From NCBI GenBank assembly GCA_963821395.1, contig CAWGDY010000030.1, positions 134,195-198,194 on the forward strand: a stretch of 64,000 nt of DNA. Direction: 5' to 3'. The position numbers and the translations under genes are program-made. Shown one piece after another: positions 38,029 to 47,710 of the stretch. Origin of the DNA: Vicinamibacterales bacterium. Its GTDB lineage: Bacteria > Acidobacteriota > Vicinamibacteria > Vicinamibacterales > JAMQPK01. How positions within the stretch are numbered: the stretch's first letter is position 1; each line of letters begins with the position of its first letter. A model generated the notes under the pieces. That model had not been told where the DNA came from. It did not search any database and worked only from the letters and a program-made list of their open reading frames with translations.

Positions 38029-39097
38029 GCGTTTTCTTGACCTCTACGTTCGCCACCGGCCTCACGCCCTTGCGATCGAGCCGCCATTTGTCCATGTATT
38101 GCGCAGGCTTCACGACAGCGGTGCCCGACGCCTTGAGGAAGCCCTCGAGGCCCGCATCCGCATACGGCTTCGGCACGCCCGCTTCGAACGCCCCGAACAG
38201 GCCGTCCCAATGGACCGGGATGAACGCCCTGGGCTTCAGGACAGGCACGACCAGCTTCGCCACGGCCACCGCGCTCGAGCCAATCCAGAGATCGACGGAC
38301 TCCAGCTTCGCCTCGCGCATCGCGAGCTTGAGATTCTCAATCGGCGCACCGTAGTCGGTGCCGTCGATCACAATCGGCACGTGCAGATCGACCGGGCTCG
38401 CCGAGTTGTTGAAAAACCAGCTGAACCGCCCGTCCGGTCCGTCCACGGTAAACAGGAACGCACGATTCCCTCCGCCGTTGGGAAAGTCCTCGGCCACACC
38501 AGCCCGCAGCCCGCCGGATTTCGGATCGGGTACGGGAACGGCGCTCAGCTCGACAGGATTGTGCTGCTCCGGGTTCACCGCGGGATCGCCGCTGTGGTTC
38601 CATCGGATCACTCGCATGGTCACGCCGTCGGCGAGCGGAATGACTTCGCGGCCGTTGACCGCACGGCAGCGCTCGGCGGGCACGCCCTCGGCCTGCGCCT
38701 GAAAGCACGTCGTCTTCGATCCGATGATGCGGGCGCCCGTGAGCTTCGACCACGTCGCCGTGTCGAATGAGTGATCCCAATGGCTGTGGCCCGTCAGGAG
38801 GAGATTCACACGCGATGGTTTACCGAGCGCGTTCATCACGCGCGTGACGGCGGCGACATCGGGCGTGAATGGCCTCCTGGTCTCGGCGTACCCGCCTCCA
38901 CCACCAAAGAAGTCGCCTTGAGGGAGGCGCGTGATGTAGCCGTCCGTCACGATGTGGAGCGGTCCGAGCTCGTAGTACATGTTCGACACCGACATCCACG
39001 TAATGTCGACGAATGCCGGGCCCGCCGCCGGCAGGCCAGACGCCGCGGCGAAGATGATCGCGGTTGCGACCGCCAGGTTGCCGGAAGTCACCTTCAT
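38015..39097 (-). CDS. Secreted metallo-beta-lactamase-fold hydrolase
   Basis: ATG at 39097 (MKVTSGNLAVATAIIFAAASG, signal-like). HxHxDH motif GHSHWDH. ATGA overlap with the upstream gene. Confidence 0.75.
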   Translation of the reverse strand: MKVTSGNLAVATAIIFAAASGLPAAGPAFVDITWMSVSNMYYELGPLHIVTDGYITRLPQGDFFGGGGGYAETRRPFTPDVAAVTRVMNALGKPSRVNLLLTGHSHWDHSFDTATWSKLTGARIIGSKTTCFQAQAEGVPAERCRAVNGREVIPLADGVTMRVIRWNHSGDPAVNPEQHNPVELSAVPVPDPKSGGLRAGVAEDFPNGGGNRAFLFTVDGPDGRFSWFFNNSASPVDLHVPIVIDGTDYGAPIENLKLAMREAKLESVDLWIGSSAVAVAKLVVPVLKPRAFIPVHWDGLFGAFEAGVPKPYADAGLEGFLKASGTAVVKPAQYMDKWRLDRKGVRPVANVEVKKTLGFN

Positions 39098-39714
39098 GCC
39101 GCCACTCCACTCGGAAACGGACACTCCGACCGCAACGGGCACACGTGACACAACGGATCCGACTCGAGACAGGTCGATCGGCCGTGATGCGAAAGGTAAA
39201 GCGTCGCCCGCTGCATGGCCGTCAACACATCGCCCAGCTCGCGCGAGACCGCTTCGCTTGCGGTTTGAAGCCGCGCGAGCACCCGCTGCAGATGGGGATC
39301 GTCGGGCAACAGTGGATGATGGCCCGCAAACAGCAACAGCCGCTGACCGGAAATCGACGTCAGATACGGCAGCAGGGCGAGCGCGTCTCTGGCCGCCGTG
39401 GCGTCACCGCGCAGTTGATCGGCCAGATCGCGATGTCGCTTGAACACGTCGACGCCCGCCACGAGCGCGCGCAACCGCTCTTCGCGGTACGGTCCCGACA
39501 GCGCCACCGCGCTTTCGAGCTTCGCGCGGGGAGCCCGTCCCATCGAGTCCGGCGTGAGTGCGGGAATGCGCCGCAGCGCGCTCATCGCCGCATCGCGGCG
39601 CGCCGCGGTGGTGTGCACGCCGAGCACTTCCCACACGTACAGGGCAAAGGGCTCGCTGGGCGGCTGCGGCAGCGGCCCGTAAAATCGTTCGAGGCGGTCC
39701 ATGACCTTAATCAT
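39094..39714 (-). CDS. HhH-GPD superfamily, endonuclease III-related protein with a [4Fe-4S] cluster loop
   Basis: 206-aa ORF. The C-terminal CLESDPLCHVCPLRSEC matches the C-x6-C-x2-C-x5-C pattern of Nth/MutY. Otherwise divergent. Confidence 0.6.
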   Translation of the reverse strand: MIKVMDRLERFYGPLPQPPSEPFALYVWEVLGVHTTAARRDAAMSALRRIPALTPDSMGRAPRAKLESAVALSGPYREERLRALVAGVDVFKRHRDLADQLRGDATAARDALALLPYLTSISGQRLLLFAGHHPLLPDDPHLQRVLARLQTASEAVSRELGDVLTAMQRATLYLSHHGRSTCLESDPLCHVCPLRSECPFPSGVAA

Positions 39715-39722
39715 GCAGACGC

Positions 39723-39750
39723 GTCATGGCAGATGGATGATGGCAGATGG
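39723..39750. repeat. Tandem ATGGCAGATGG motif (2 copies, 14-nt period)
   Basis: GTCATGGCAGATGGatgATGGCAGATGG. The 14-mer GTCATGGCAGATGG recurs at 44042. Confidence 0.8.
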
Positions 39751-39755
39751 CAAGC

Positions 39756-41138
39756 TCATGCACGAAGCTTGGCGATCTCCTCATACAGATGTGCCGATGC
39801 AATGACGCCGCCGTGGAAGTTGCCGAGGTCGAGCCGCTCGTTGGGCGCGTGGGCGTTTTCGTCCGGCAGGCCGACGCCGAAGAGCACGCTCGGAATGCCG
39901 AGCTCTTCCTGGAACGTCGCGACGACCGGTATCGATCCGCCCTCGCGCGTGAAGACCGGCGCTTTGCCGAAGCCCTTCTCGATGGCGCGTCCCGCCGCAC
40001 GGATGTACGGACTGTCGAACTCGGCCATCCACGGCTTGCCGCCGTGCAGCCTCGTGAGCTTCAGCTCGACGCTCGCGGGCGCAACCTTCGTGACGTACTC
40101 CTCGAACTGTTTCGCAATCGTGTCGGGATCCTGGTTGGGCACGAGGCGCATGCTGACTTTCGCCATCGCGACCGCGGGCAGCACGGTCTTGGGCCCCTCG
40201 CCGGTGAAGCCCGACAGCAGCCCGTTGACCTCGAATGTCGGCCGTCCCCACACCCGCTCGAGCACGCTGTAGCCCGATTCACCGGCGAGCTTCGGCGCGC
40301 CCCACTCTTTCCGGTACTTCTTCTCGTCGAACGGCAGCTTCCTCCATTCGGCACGCTCGGCTTCGGTGAGATCCCTGACGTCATCGTAGAAGCCGGCGAT
40401 CTTCACACGGCCGCTCTTGTCCTTCATCTGGGCCAGTATCTGAGCCAGGACGAAGGCCGGGTTTGCCATGGCGCCGCCGAAGACACCGGAGTGCAGATCG
40501 CTCTTCGTGCCCCGGAGATCGATCTGGTAGTACACGAGCCCGCGGAGGCCGTAGCAGATCGAGGGAATCTCGCGCGCGAACATGGCCGAGTCCGAGATCA
40601 CCACCACGTCGGCCGCGAGCAACGGCTTGTTCTGGCGCACGAACTCGTCGAGGTGCAGGCTGCCGACCTCCTCCTCGCCTTCGAGAAACACCTTGATGTT
40701 CAGCGGCAGCCGCCCGGTCTGCTTCATGTGCGCTTCGATGGCCTTGAAGTGCATGAACACCTGGCCCTTGTCGTCGGCGGCGCCGCGCGCGTAGATCTCG
40801 TTCTCGCGCACGGTCGCTTCGAACGGCGGCGATTCCCACAACTCGACCGGATCCACCGGCTGCACGTCGTAATGGCCGTAAAACAGAATCGTGGGTGCTC
40901 CGGGGGCGTTGAGCCACTCGCCGTAGACGATAGGGTTTCCCGGTGTGTCGATCAGCCGGACGTTCTCGAGGCCGACACCCTTGAGGTGATCGGCGCTCCA
41001 CTCCGCGGCACGCCGCACGTCGCCCTGGTGCTGCGGAAGCGCGCTGATGCTCGGAATGGCGAGGTACTGTTTCAGCTCGTCGACGTAGCGGTCGCGCTGT
41101 ACGTTGATGTAGTCAACGACTTTATCGATGTTCTCCAT
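39756..41138 (-). CDS. M20 family metallopeptidase (dipeptidase, ArgE/DapE/CPG2 clan)
   Basis: 460-aa ORF with FYGHYDVQP, GRGAADDKG and LEGEEEVGS metal-ligand motifs. Confidence 0.88.
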   Translation of the reverse strand: MENIDKVVDYINVQRDRYVDELKQYLAIPSISALPQHQGDVRRAAEWSADHLKGVGLENVRLIDTPGNPIVYGEWLNAPGAPTILFYGHYDVQPVDPVELWESPPFEATVRENEIYARGAADDKGQVFMHFKAIEAHMKQTGRLPLNIKVFLEGEEEVGSLHLDEFVRQNKPLLAADVVVISDSAMFAREIPSICYGLRGLVYYQIDLRGTKSDLHSGVFGGAMANPAFVLAQILAQMKDKSGRVKIAGFYDDVRDLTEAERAEWRKLPFDEKKYRKEWGAPKLAGESGYSVLERVWGRPTFEVNGLLSGFTGEGPKTVLPAVAMAKVSMRLVPNQDPDTIAKQFEEYVTKVAPASVELKLTRLHGGKPWMAEFDSPYIRAAGRAIEKGFGKAPVFTREGGSIPVVATFQEELGIPSVLFGVGLPDENAHAPNERLDLGNFHGGVIASAHLYEEIAKLRA

Positions 41139-41151
41139 GGTCCCTCTGGCC

Positions 41152-41961
41152 TTACGGTTTGTTCGGATGCTCGATGGGCAGATCGACGCGATCGCCCCAT
41201 TCCTTCCACGATCCGACGTAGTTGCGCACGCGCGGATAGCCGATCAGCCGCAGCGCGAGGTACGAATGCGCGGCACGATAGCCACCCTGGCAATAGGTGA
41301 CGACCTCTCGATCCGGCGTAATCCCGGCCTGCTCGTACATCGTCTTCAGATCGTTCTGAGATTTGAACGCGCCATCGGGACCGAGATTGTTGGTCCATTC
41401 GAGATGGATCGCTCCTGGCACAGCGCCTCCGCGCGCGGCGCGGACGGTCGTGCCGCAGTACTCGCCGTCGCTTCGCGTATCGACGATGACCGCGTCCGGC
41501 TTGCCCAGCCGATCGTTCACGTCGCGCCAGCCGGCGAGGATGCCGGCGTCACGCGTACCTTTCCAGTCGGTCGGTTTCGGCCGGGACGCGTGCCGGGTTA
41601 CGGGCAATTGTCTCTTCACCCACGCGTTGTAGCCGCCGTCGAGCAGACGCGTATTCGGGTGACCGAAGAACTCGAGAAACCAGAACGCGCGCGCCGCTCT
41701 GACGCCCGACGAATCGTCGTAGACCACCACGGGCACGTCGTTGGACACACCGCGCGACGCGAGCAGGTGCTCGATGATCCAGAAAAACGCGTTCAACGGA
41801 GCGGGATCGGTATCGACGCTGCTGATGCCGAACAGGTCGAGGTGCACGGCGCCGGGCAGGTGGTTCTCGCAATAGTCTTCGACGGGCCGAAGATCAATAA
41901 GAAGCGGCAAAGACGACTCGAGCTCACGCGAGAGCTCTTCAGGCGTGACGAGCAGAGACAT
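41152..41961 (-). CDS. Sulfurtransferase with tandem rhodanese domains
   Basis: 269-aa ORF with two rhodanese folds. Active-site loop: TYCQGGYRAAH. Confidence 0.85.
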   Translation of the reverse strand: MSLLVTPEELSRELESSLPLLIDLRPVEDYCENHLPGAVHLDLFGISSVDTDPAPLNAFFWIIEHLLASRGVSNDVPVVVYDDSSGVRAARAFWFLEFFGHPNTRLLDGGYNAWVKRQLPVTRHASRPKPTDWKGTRDAGILAGWRDVNDRLGKPDAVIVDTRSDGEYCGTTVRAARGGAVPGAIHLEWTNNLGPDGAFKSQNDLKTMYEQAGITPDREVVTYCQGGYRAAHSYLALRLIGYPRVRNYVGSWKEWGDRVDLPIEHPNKP

Positions 41962-41971
41962 CGTTCAGAAA

Positions 41972-42406
41972 CTATATCTTAGGCGGGCGGGACAACTGCC
42001 GTCCTTCGTAGTCTTCGATGCGGGTGCGCGCCCAGTCGGGCACCGGCACGGGCCTGGCGGCGGCGTAATCGTAGGTGACCATCACCGCGCGTCCCTTCGC
42101 AACGGCCGCGCCGGCCTCGTCGAGCATCTCGCAATCCATCGTGAAGCTCGTGCGGCCGATCTTGACCGTGCCCAGCCAGATTTCGACACGCTCGCCCGCC
42201 AGCACGGGCCGGATGAAGTCACATTCCGCACGCGCGAGAATCAGGCCGGGTAACCGGCCCTGCGGAGAATCACCGGTCAGCTCGCGCCAGTACGCCCATC
42301 GCGCCTCTTCCATGTAGGTGAAGTAGACCGCGTTGTTGACGTGGCCGAACAGATCGCAGTCGCGGAAACGCGCGCGCAGTTGATGGCGAAATCGAAAGGC
42401 GGGCAT
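41972..42406 (-). CDS. Acyl-CoA thioesterase (4HBT/YbgC hotdog fold)
   Basis: 144-aa ORF with the RFRDCDLFGHVNNAVYFTYMEEAR motif. Confidence 0.85.
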   Translation of the reverse strand: MPAFRFRHQLRARFRDCDLFGHVNNAVYFTYMEEARWAYWRELTGDSPQGRLPGLILARAECDFIRPVLAGERVEIWLGTVKIGRTSFTMDCEMLDEAGAAVAKGRAVMVTYDYAAARPVPVPDWARTRIEDYEGRQLSRPPKI

Positions 42407-42433
42407 GTCCGAGCGTTCAGCGTAGCCGGACTA

Positions 42434-44035
42434 GTGTACCCTGACGTCGTGCCTGAATTCACCTCCGACGAACAACGCGCGCTCGCGCCGTATTTCTCCA
42501 ATCTCGACGGACCCGTCTTCGCGCTCACCAACCTGCCGGAAACCGTGAAGGGCGCGCTCTTCGCGCGCTACTCGCGATCGGCGAAATCGCTGCGGCGGCT
42601 GTTCCTCGACGAGTTCCACAAGGACGTGGAGCACGCACAGGTCGGCGAGAGCAAAGTGGGCCTCGAGCGGGCCGAAAAGCTGTACGCGAAGGTCTTCGCC
42701 GATTACGGCGACGATTCGGTCGCCCAGCTCGGGGGCGTGCATCTCGCCTGCGAAGGCGTGTCGAACGTGCTCACCAAGATCCTCGAGTGGGGCCGGCTGA
42801 TGGCCTATCTCGAGCAGTCGACGCGCTATGTGCCCTACACCGATCGACCGGGAGGCCGCTGGAAATACCACGTCCCGACCGAGCTCGCGGGCACGCCGCT
42901 GGCGGATCGCTATCACGCCACGCTCGATCGGGCATTCGAGACCTACGCGCGCTGGTTCGAGCCGATGCAGGAGCATTTCCGCGCGCGGTTTCCGAAAGAG
43001 GCGTCCGACAGCGACGCGGTGTATCGCGCGGCCATTCGCGCCAAGGCACTCGATACGCTTCGAGGCCTGCTGCCCGCGGCGGTGCAATCGAATCTCGGCC
43101 TGTTTGGAACGGGCCAGGCGTACGAGGCGCTCCTGCTCCGCATGCGCGCCAACCCGCTGGCTGAATGCCGCGAATACGCCGACCTCATCCTGACCGAGCT
43201 GAGAAAGGTGATGCCCGCATTCCTGACACGCGTCGATCAACCCGAGCGAGGCGGCCGCTGGACGGCCTATCTCGCCGCGACGCGCACCGCGATCGAGAGC
43301 GTCGGGGCCGATCTTCTGTCGGATGTCGACCGCGAGCTCCGTCCCGAAGTGACCCTCACCGATTTCGATCCCGACGGCGAAATCAAGGTGGTCGCCGCGG
43401 CGCTGTACGCCGTGTCGGATCTCCCGGACGACCAGTTGTTCGACGTGGCGCGGCGCATGTCGTCCGACGACCGCGCGCGCGTGCTCCAGGCGTACATCGG
43501 GCGCCGGGAGAATCGCCGGCACAAGCCGGGACGCGCGTTCGAGCGCACGGCGTATCGCTTCGACATCCTCGCCGATTACGGCGCGTTCCGGGATCTGCAG
43601 CGTCACCGCCTGCTGACCCTCGAATGGCAGCCGCTTGGCGCGCTCCATGGCTACGTCGAGCCCGATGCCATCGAAGCCGCCGGCGCCCACGACGAGTGGA
43701 CCGAGGTGATGAACGCGTCGGCCGAACTGCACGATTCGCTGCACGCCGCCGGTCTGTCTGCGGTCGCGCCGTACGCGGTGTCGATGGCGTACCGCATCCG
43801 GTTCTACATGGAGATGAACGCGCGCGAGGCGATGCACCTCATCGAGCTGCGGACGGCGCCGCAGGGACATCCCGCCTACCGGCGCATCTGCCAGGCGATG
43901 CACACGCTCATCGCCGACAAGGCGGGCCATCGCCTCATCGCCGACGCCATGACATACGCGGATCACTCAGAGGTGGAGCTGGAACGGCTCAAAGCGGAAC
44001 GGGCGGCGGAGCGGAAACGTCAGGCGCGATCCTAG
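42434..44035 (+). CDS. ThyX-family (Thy1 domain) flavin-dependent thymidylate synthase-like protein, long two-lobed form
   Basis: Part of ORF 42341..44035. N-terminal lobe: LPETVKGALFARYSRSAKSLR. C-terminal lobe: FRDLQRHRLLT (RHR motif). The start is uncertain (GTG at 42434 or 42449), and the ORF's first 31 codons overlap the divergent thioesterase. Confidence 0.6.
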   Translation: MYPDVVPEFTSDEQRALAPYFSNLDGPVFALTNLPETVKGALFARYSRSAKSLRRLFLDEFHKDVEHAQVGESKVGLERAEKLYAKVFADYGDDSVAQLGGVHLACEGVSNVLTKILEWGRLMAYLEQSTRYVPYTDRPGGRWKYHVPTELAGTPLADRYHATLDRAFETYARWFEPMQEHFRARFPKEASDSDAVYRAAIRAKALDTLRGLLPAAVQSNLGLFGTGQAYEALLLRMRANPLAECREYADLILTELRKVMPAFLTRVDQPERGGRWTAYLAATRTAIESVGADLLSDVDRELRPEVTLTDFDPDGEIKVVAAALYAVSDLPDDQLFDVARRMSSDDRARVLQAYIGRRENRRHKPGRAFERTAYRFDILADYGAFRDLQRHRLLTLEWQPLGALHGYVEPDAIEAAGAHDEWTEVMNASAELHDSLHAAGLSAVAPYAVSMAYRIRFYMEMNAREAMHLIELRTAPQGHPAYRRICQAMHTLIADKAGHRLIADAMTYADHSEVELERLKAERAAERKRQARS

Positions 44036-44617
44036 ATCCTTGTCATGGCAGATGGCAGATCGGCGATGCCATGTGCCAGTCCATTGCCCTTTGGACCAGT
44101 ACCTCGCGTATTCATCGAGGAACGCCAGCGACGTGAACGTCCGCATGCGATCGAAGAAGAGCACGCCGTCGAGGTGATCGGTCTCGTGCTGAATCACCCG
44201 CGCCGGAAAATCGTGCGACGTGATGTCGATCGGGCTTCCCGTCCGATCGAGCGCGCTCACCTTGATCGTGCGCACCCGTGGCACGCGGCCCCTGATGTCG
44301 GGGATGCTCAGACAGCCCTCCCAGTCCTCGACAATCTCGTTCCCCACCGGCGTGATGACGGGGTTGATGAACACCATCGGATCGTCGCCGGGTGACAGCG
44401 GCTCCTCTTCCTGCGGCGCGATCGCCGCGACGAAGATCCTCAATCCCTCGTGAATCTGCGGCGCCGCCAGGCCGACCCCGTGGTACTCGTGCATGGTGTC
44501 GATCATGTCGTCGATGAGCTTCTGGATGGCGGCGTGCTTCAGCTCGACGCGCTCGACTTCTCTCGCGCGGGCCCGCAGGACCGGGTGCCCCATCCGGGCA
44601 ACCTTGAGAAGTGACAT
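43967..44617 (-). CDS. def: Peptide deformylase (with an abnormal ~45-aa C-terminal extension)
   Basis: 216-aa ORF with GVGLAAPQ, EGCLSIP and HETDHLDG motifs. The tail after FLDEYARYW runs through an intergenic repeat and 69 nt of the convergent ThyX-like gene. Confidence 0.88.
   Translation of the reverse strand: MSLLKVARMGHPVLRARAREVERVELKHAAIQKLIDDMIDTMHEYHGVGLAAPQIHEGLRIFVAAIAPQEEEPLSPGDDPMVFINPVITPVGNEIVEDWEGCLSIPDIRGRVPRVRTIKVSALDRTGSPIDITSHDFPARVIQHETDHLDGVLFFDRMRTFTSLAFLDEYARYWSKGQWTGTWHRRSAICHDKDLGSRLTFPLRRPFRFEPFQLHL
44042..44060. repeat. GTCATGGCAGATGG / GGCAGAT tandem motif (second locus)
   Basis: GTCATGGCAGATGGCAGAT. Its first 14 nt are identical to 39723-39736. Confidence 0.8.
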
Positions 44618-44641
44618 AGCTAGATTGTATTGAAAATTGGC

Positions 44642-44671
44642 GGATTCGCAGATTCACGGATTGAGTGATTC
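44642..44671. repeat. Four GATTC units at an exact 8-nt period in the def / lipoprotein divergent spacer
   Basis: GGATTCgcaGATTCacgGATTgagtGATTC, with unit starts at 44643, 44651, 44659 and 44667. The spacer is locally AT-rich. Confidence 0.75.
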
Positions 44672-44729
44672 ATGGACGCTGGACGGGCGGACTACAGGCG
44701 CGAGCCCGCCTGACCCGATATGACAGGAC

Positions 44730-45196
44730 ATGAAGCTGCTCAGAACTGCGCTGGTCATCGCGCTCGCGGCCACCTCGACCGCATGTCTCGGTCTCGACTC
44801 GATCAAGAACCTCTTCAGCTCGCCAACGAGCCCCGACTCGAACACGGAGAGGTCCGGTCGTACATCGGGACATGGAACGGATCGGCCGTGGCACCCGCCG
44901 CGCAGAGCTGCAGCGGGCTGCAGTGGAAGATTACGTCCCAGTCGGGGAGTCAGGCATCCGGCGACTTCTCCGCGAACTGTGCCGACGGGGTCACGCTGGC
45001 CGGCACCATGACGGCCACGCACGGCGACACGACGATCCCCTGGGCAGCCACGGGCACCGCGTCGAAAGGCGGCGCGACGTGCCCGTTCAACCTCACCGGA
45101 TCCGGCACGTTCCAGGGCACGTCGAACATCGTCGTGACCTACTCCGGCACGTCGTGCAACGGACCGGTCAGCGGGACGGAAACCATCAAGCGTTAA
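44730..45196 (+). pseudogene. Small Cys-containing lipoprotein of unknown function with a -1 frameshift between 44815 and 44852 (or a sequencing error)
   Basis: The lipobox MKLLRTALVIALAATSTAC is in ORF 44730. The mature domain (VRSYIGTWNGS..CSGLQWKITSQSG..ANCADGVTLAGTMTA..CPFNLTGSGTFQG..SCNGPVSGTETIKR) is in ORF 44720..45196. Confidence 0.65.
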
Positions 45197-45197
45197 C

Positions 45198-45347
45198 GGG
45201 GTTCCTGTTCCGATTCCTGTTCCTGTTCTGGTTCCAGGTTCGCGGTGGCGCCAGAGTCCCCGAGCGCGTTCTTTTCTTAACAAAGAAGATGGCGTACTGA
45301 ATCCATCGCCCACCACGAACCCTAGAAGAGGAACAGGAACCGGAACC
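45198..45347. repeat. 150-nt palindromic GGTTCC/TGTTCC hexamer element (same family as 23797-23977)
   Basis: Left arm: GGGGTTCCTGTTCCGATTCCTGTTCCTGTTCTGGTTCCAGGTTC. Right arm: GAACCCTAGAAGAGGAACAGGAACCGGAACC. It lies between convergent genes. Confidence 0.8.
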
Positions 45348-45355
45348 TTCTGGCG

Positions 45356-46429
<1,074 letters not shown>

Positions 46430-46468
46430 AATTCACCCTTCCCTTAGAAGGCGACATTTTATCACTGT

Positions 46469-46519
46469 GAACCGTCGAACCTGACGAACGCCAGCCGAAC
46501 CCGACGAACTTCACGAACC
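46469..46519. repeat. Six (C)GAAC(C) units at 8-11 nt spacing upstream of fbaB
   Basis: GAACCgtcGAACCtgacGAACgccagccGAACCcgacGAACttcacGAACC, with unit starts at 46469, 46477, 46486, 46497, 46506 and 46515. The last unit lies inside the thiI 3' end. Confidence 0.7.
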
Positions 46520-47710
46520 CTGGGTCTGGGCGTGCGTCTGTCGCACTGCGGCAGGGTACCTGAAGTCTTCCACCACCGCCGCCTCGACGGCCTGACGGAC
46601 AAAATCGTCGATCGGCAGCGCGTGTTCGGCGGAATCGATGTCCGCGCGCCTGGCTTTGGTCGCGGGATGCTTCGGCGTGAACAGCTGACAGCAATCCTGA
46701 TCTTCGATGATCGAGATCGGATAGCTACCGAGACGCTTGGCTTCCACTGTGATCTCGTCCTTGTCCATGCCGACGAGCGGACGCAGGATCGGCAGCGTCG
46801 TCACCGCTGCAATCGTCGCCATGTTCTCGAGCGTCTGGGACGCGACCTGCCCGACGACCTCTCCCGTCACCAGCGCCCCGGCGTGCGTGCGTCCGGCGAT
46901 GGCCTCCGCGATCCGCACCATCAATCGCCGGTAGATGACGACGCGAAGCGGGGGCGGGACGGCGAGCATGACCTGCTGCTGGATCTCGCCGAACGCCACC
47001 ATGTAGAGCCGCGTGTACTGCTGATACCGCGTCAGCAGCCCCACGAGCTCGCGGACTTTTTCCTGCGACGCGCGCGACAGAATCGGATAGCTGTGAAAGT
47101 GGACCGGAATCACCCGGCAGCCGCGCCTCATCAATCGGTACGCCGCGACCGGCGAGTCGATGCCGCCCGACAGCAGCGCGACGACGCGGCCGCTCACGCC
47201 CGTCGGCATGCCGCCCGCGCCAGGTTCCTTGCCGAAGTAATAGAACGCCTCGCCGGTGAGCGCTTCGACATGGATCGTCAACTCGGGATGGTCGAGGTTG
47301 ACCGTCCATCCCTTCGCCTGCTTGATGCGTCCGCCCACCTCGCGCTCGATTTGCGGCGACGTCAGGGGAAAGCGCTTGTCGGCCCGGCGGGCGGACACGC
47401 GAAACGTGGCGACCTGCAGATCGCCGAGGTCATCGAGAATCGCCCTCGCGATGCCGTCGATATCGAGCGGCACGAGCGCCGCTTTCGAGAAGTTCGCGAT
47501 GCCGAAGACGTGGTGCAACCGATCCGCGACCGCCTCCCACGCGTCGGTCGAGCCGAGCATCACCTCGATGCGCCCCATCTTCGAGACGACCCGTGTCACG
47601 TCGAGATCGCTCGTCGCGGTCTTGATGTTCCGCACCAGCCGCGCGATGAACCACGGACGGTTTCGTCCTTTGAGCGCGATCTCCTGATAGTGAACGACGA
47701 CAGATTTCAT
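46511..47710 (-). CDS. thiI: tRNA 4-thiouridine(8) synthase ThiI (no rhodanese domain)
   Basis: ATG at 47710 (MKSVVVHYQEIALKGRNR). THUMP region and PP-loop LLSGGIDSPVA. The upstream 285 codons of the 684-aa ORF are antisense to hpnE. Confidence 0.9.
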   Translation of the reverse strand: MKSVVVHYQEIALKGRNRPWFIARLVRNIKTATSDLDVTRVVSKMGRIEVMLGSTDAWEAVADRLHHVFGIANFSKAALVPLDIDGIARAILDDLGDLQVATFRVSARRADKRFPLTSPQIEREVGGRIKQAKGWTVNLDHPELTIHVEALTGEAFYYFGKEPGAGGMPTGVSGRVVALLSGGIDSPVAAYRLMRRGCRVIPVHFHSYPILSRASQEKVRELVGLLTRYQQYTRLYMVAFGEIQQQVMLAVPPPLRVVIYRRLMVRIAEAIAGRTHAGALVTGEVVGQVASQTLENMATIAAVTTLPILRPLVGMDKDEITVEAKRLGSYPISIIEDQDCCQLFTPKHPATKARRADIDSAEHALPIDDFVRQAVEAAVVEDFRYPAAVRQTHAQTQGS

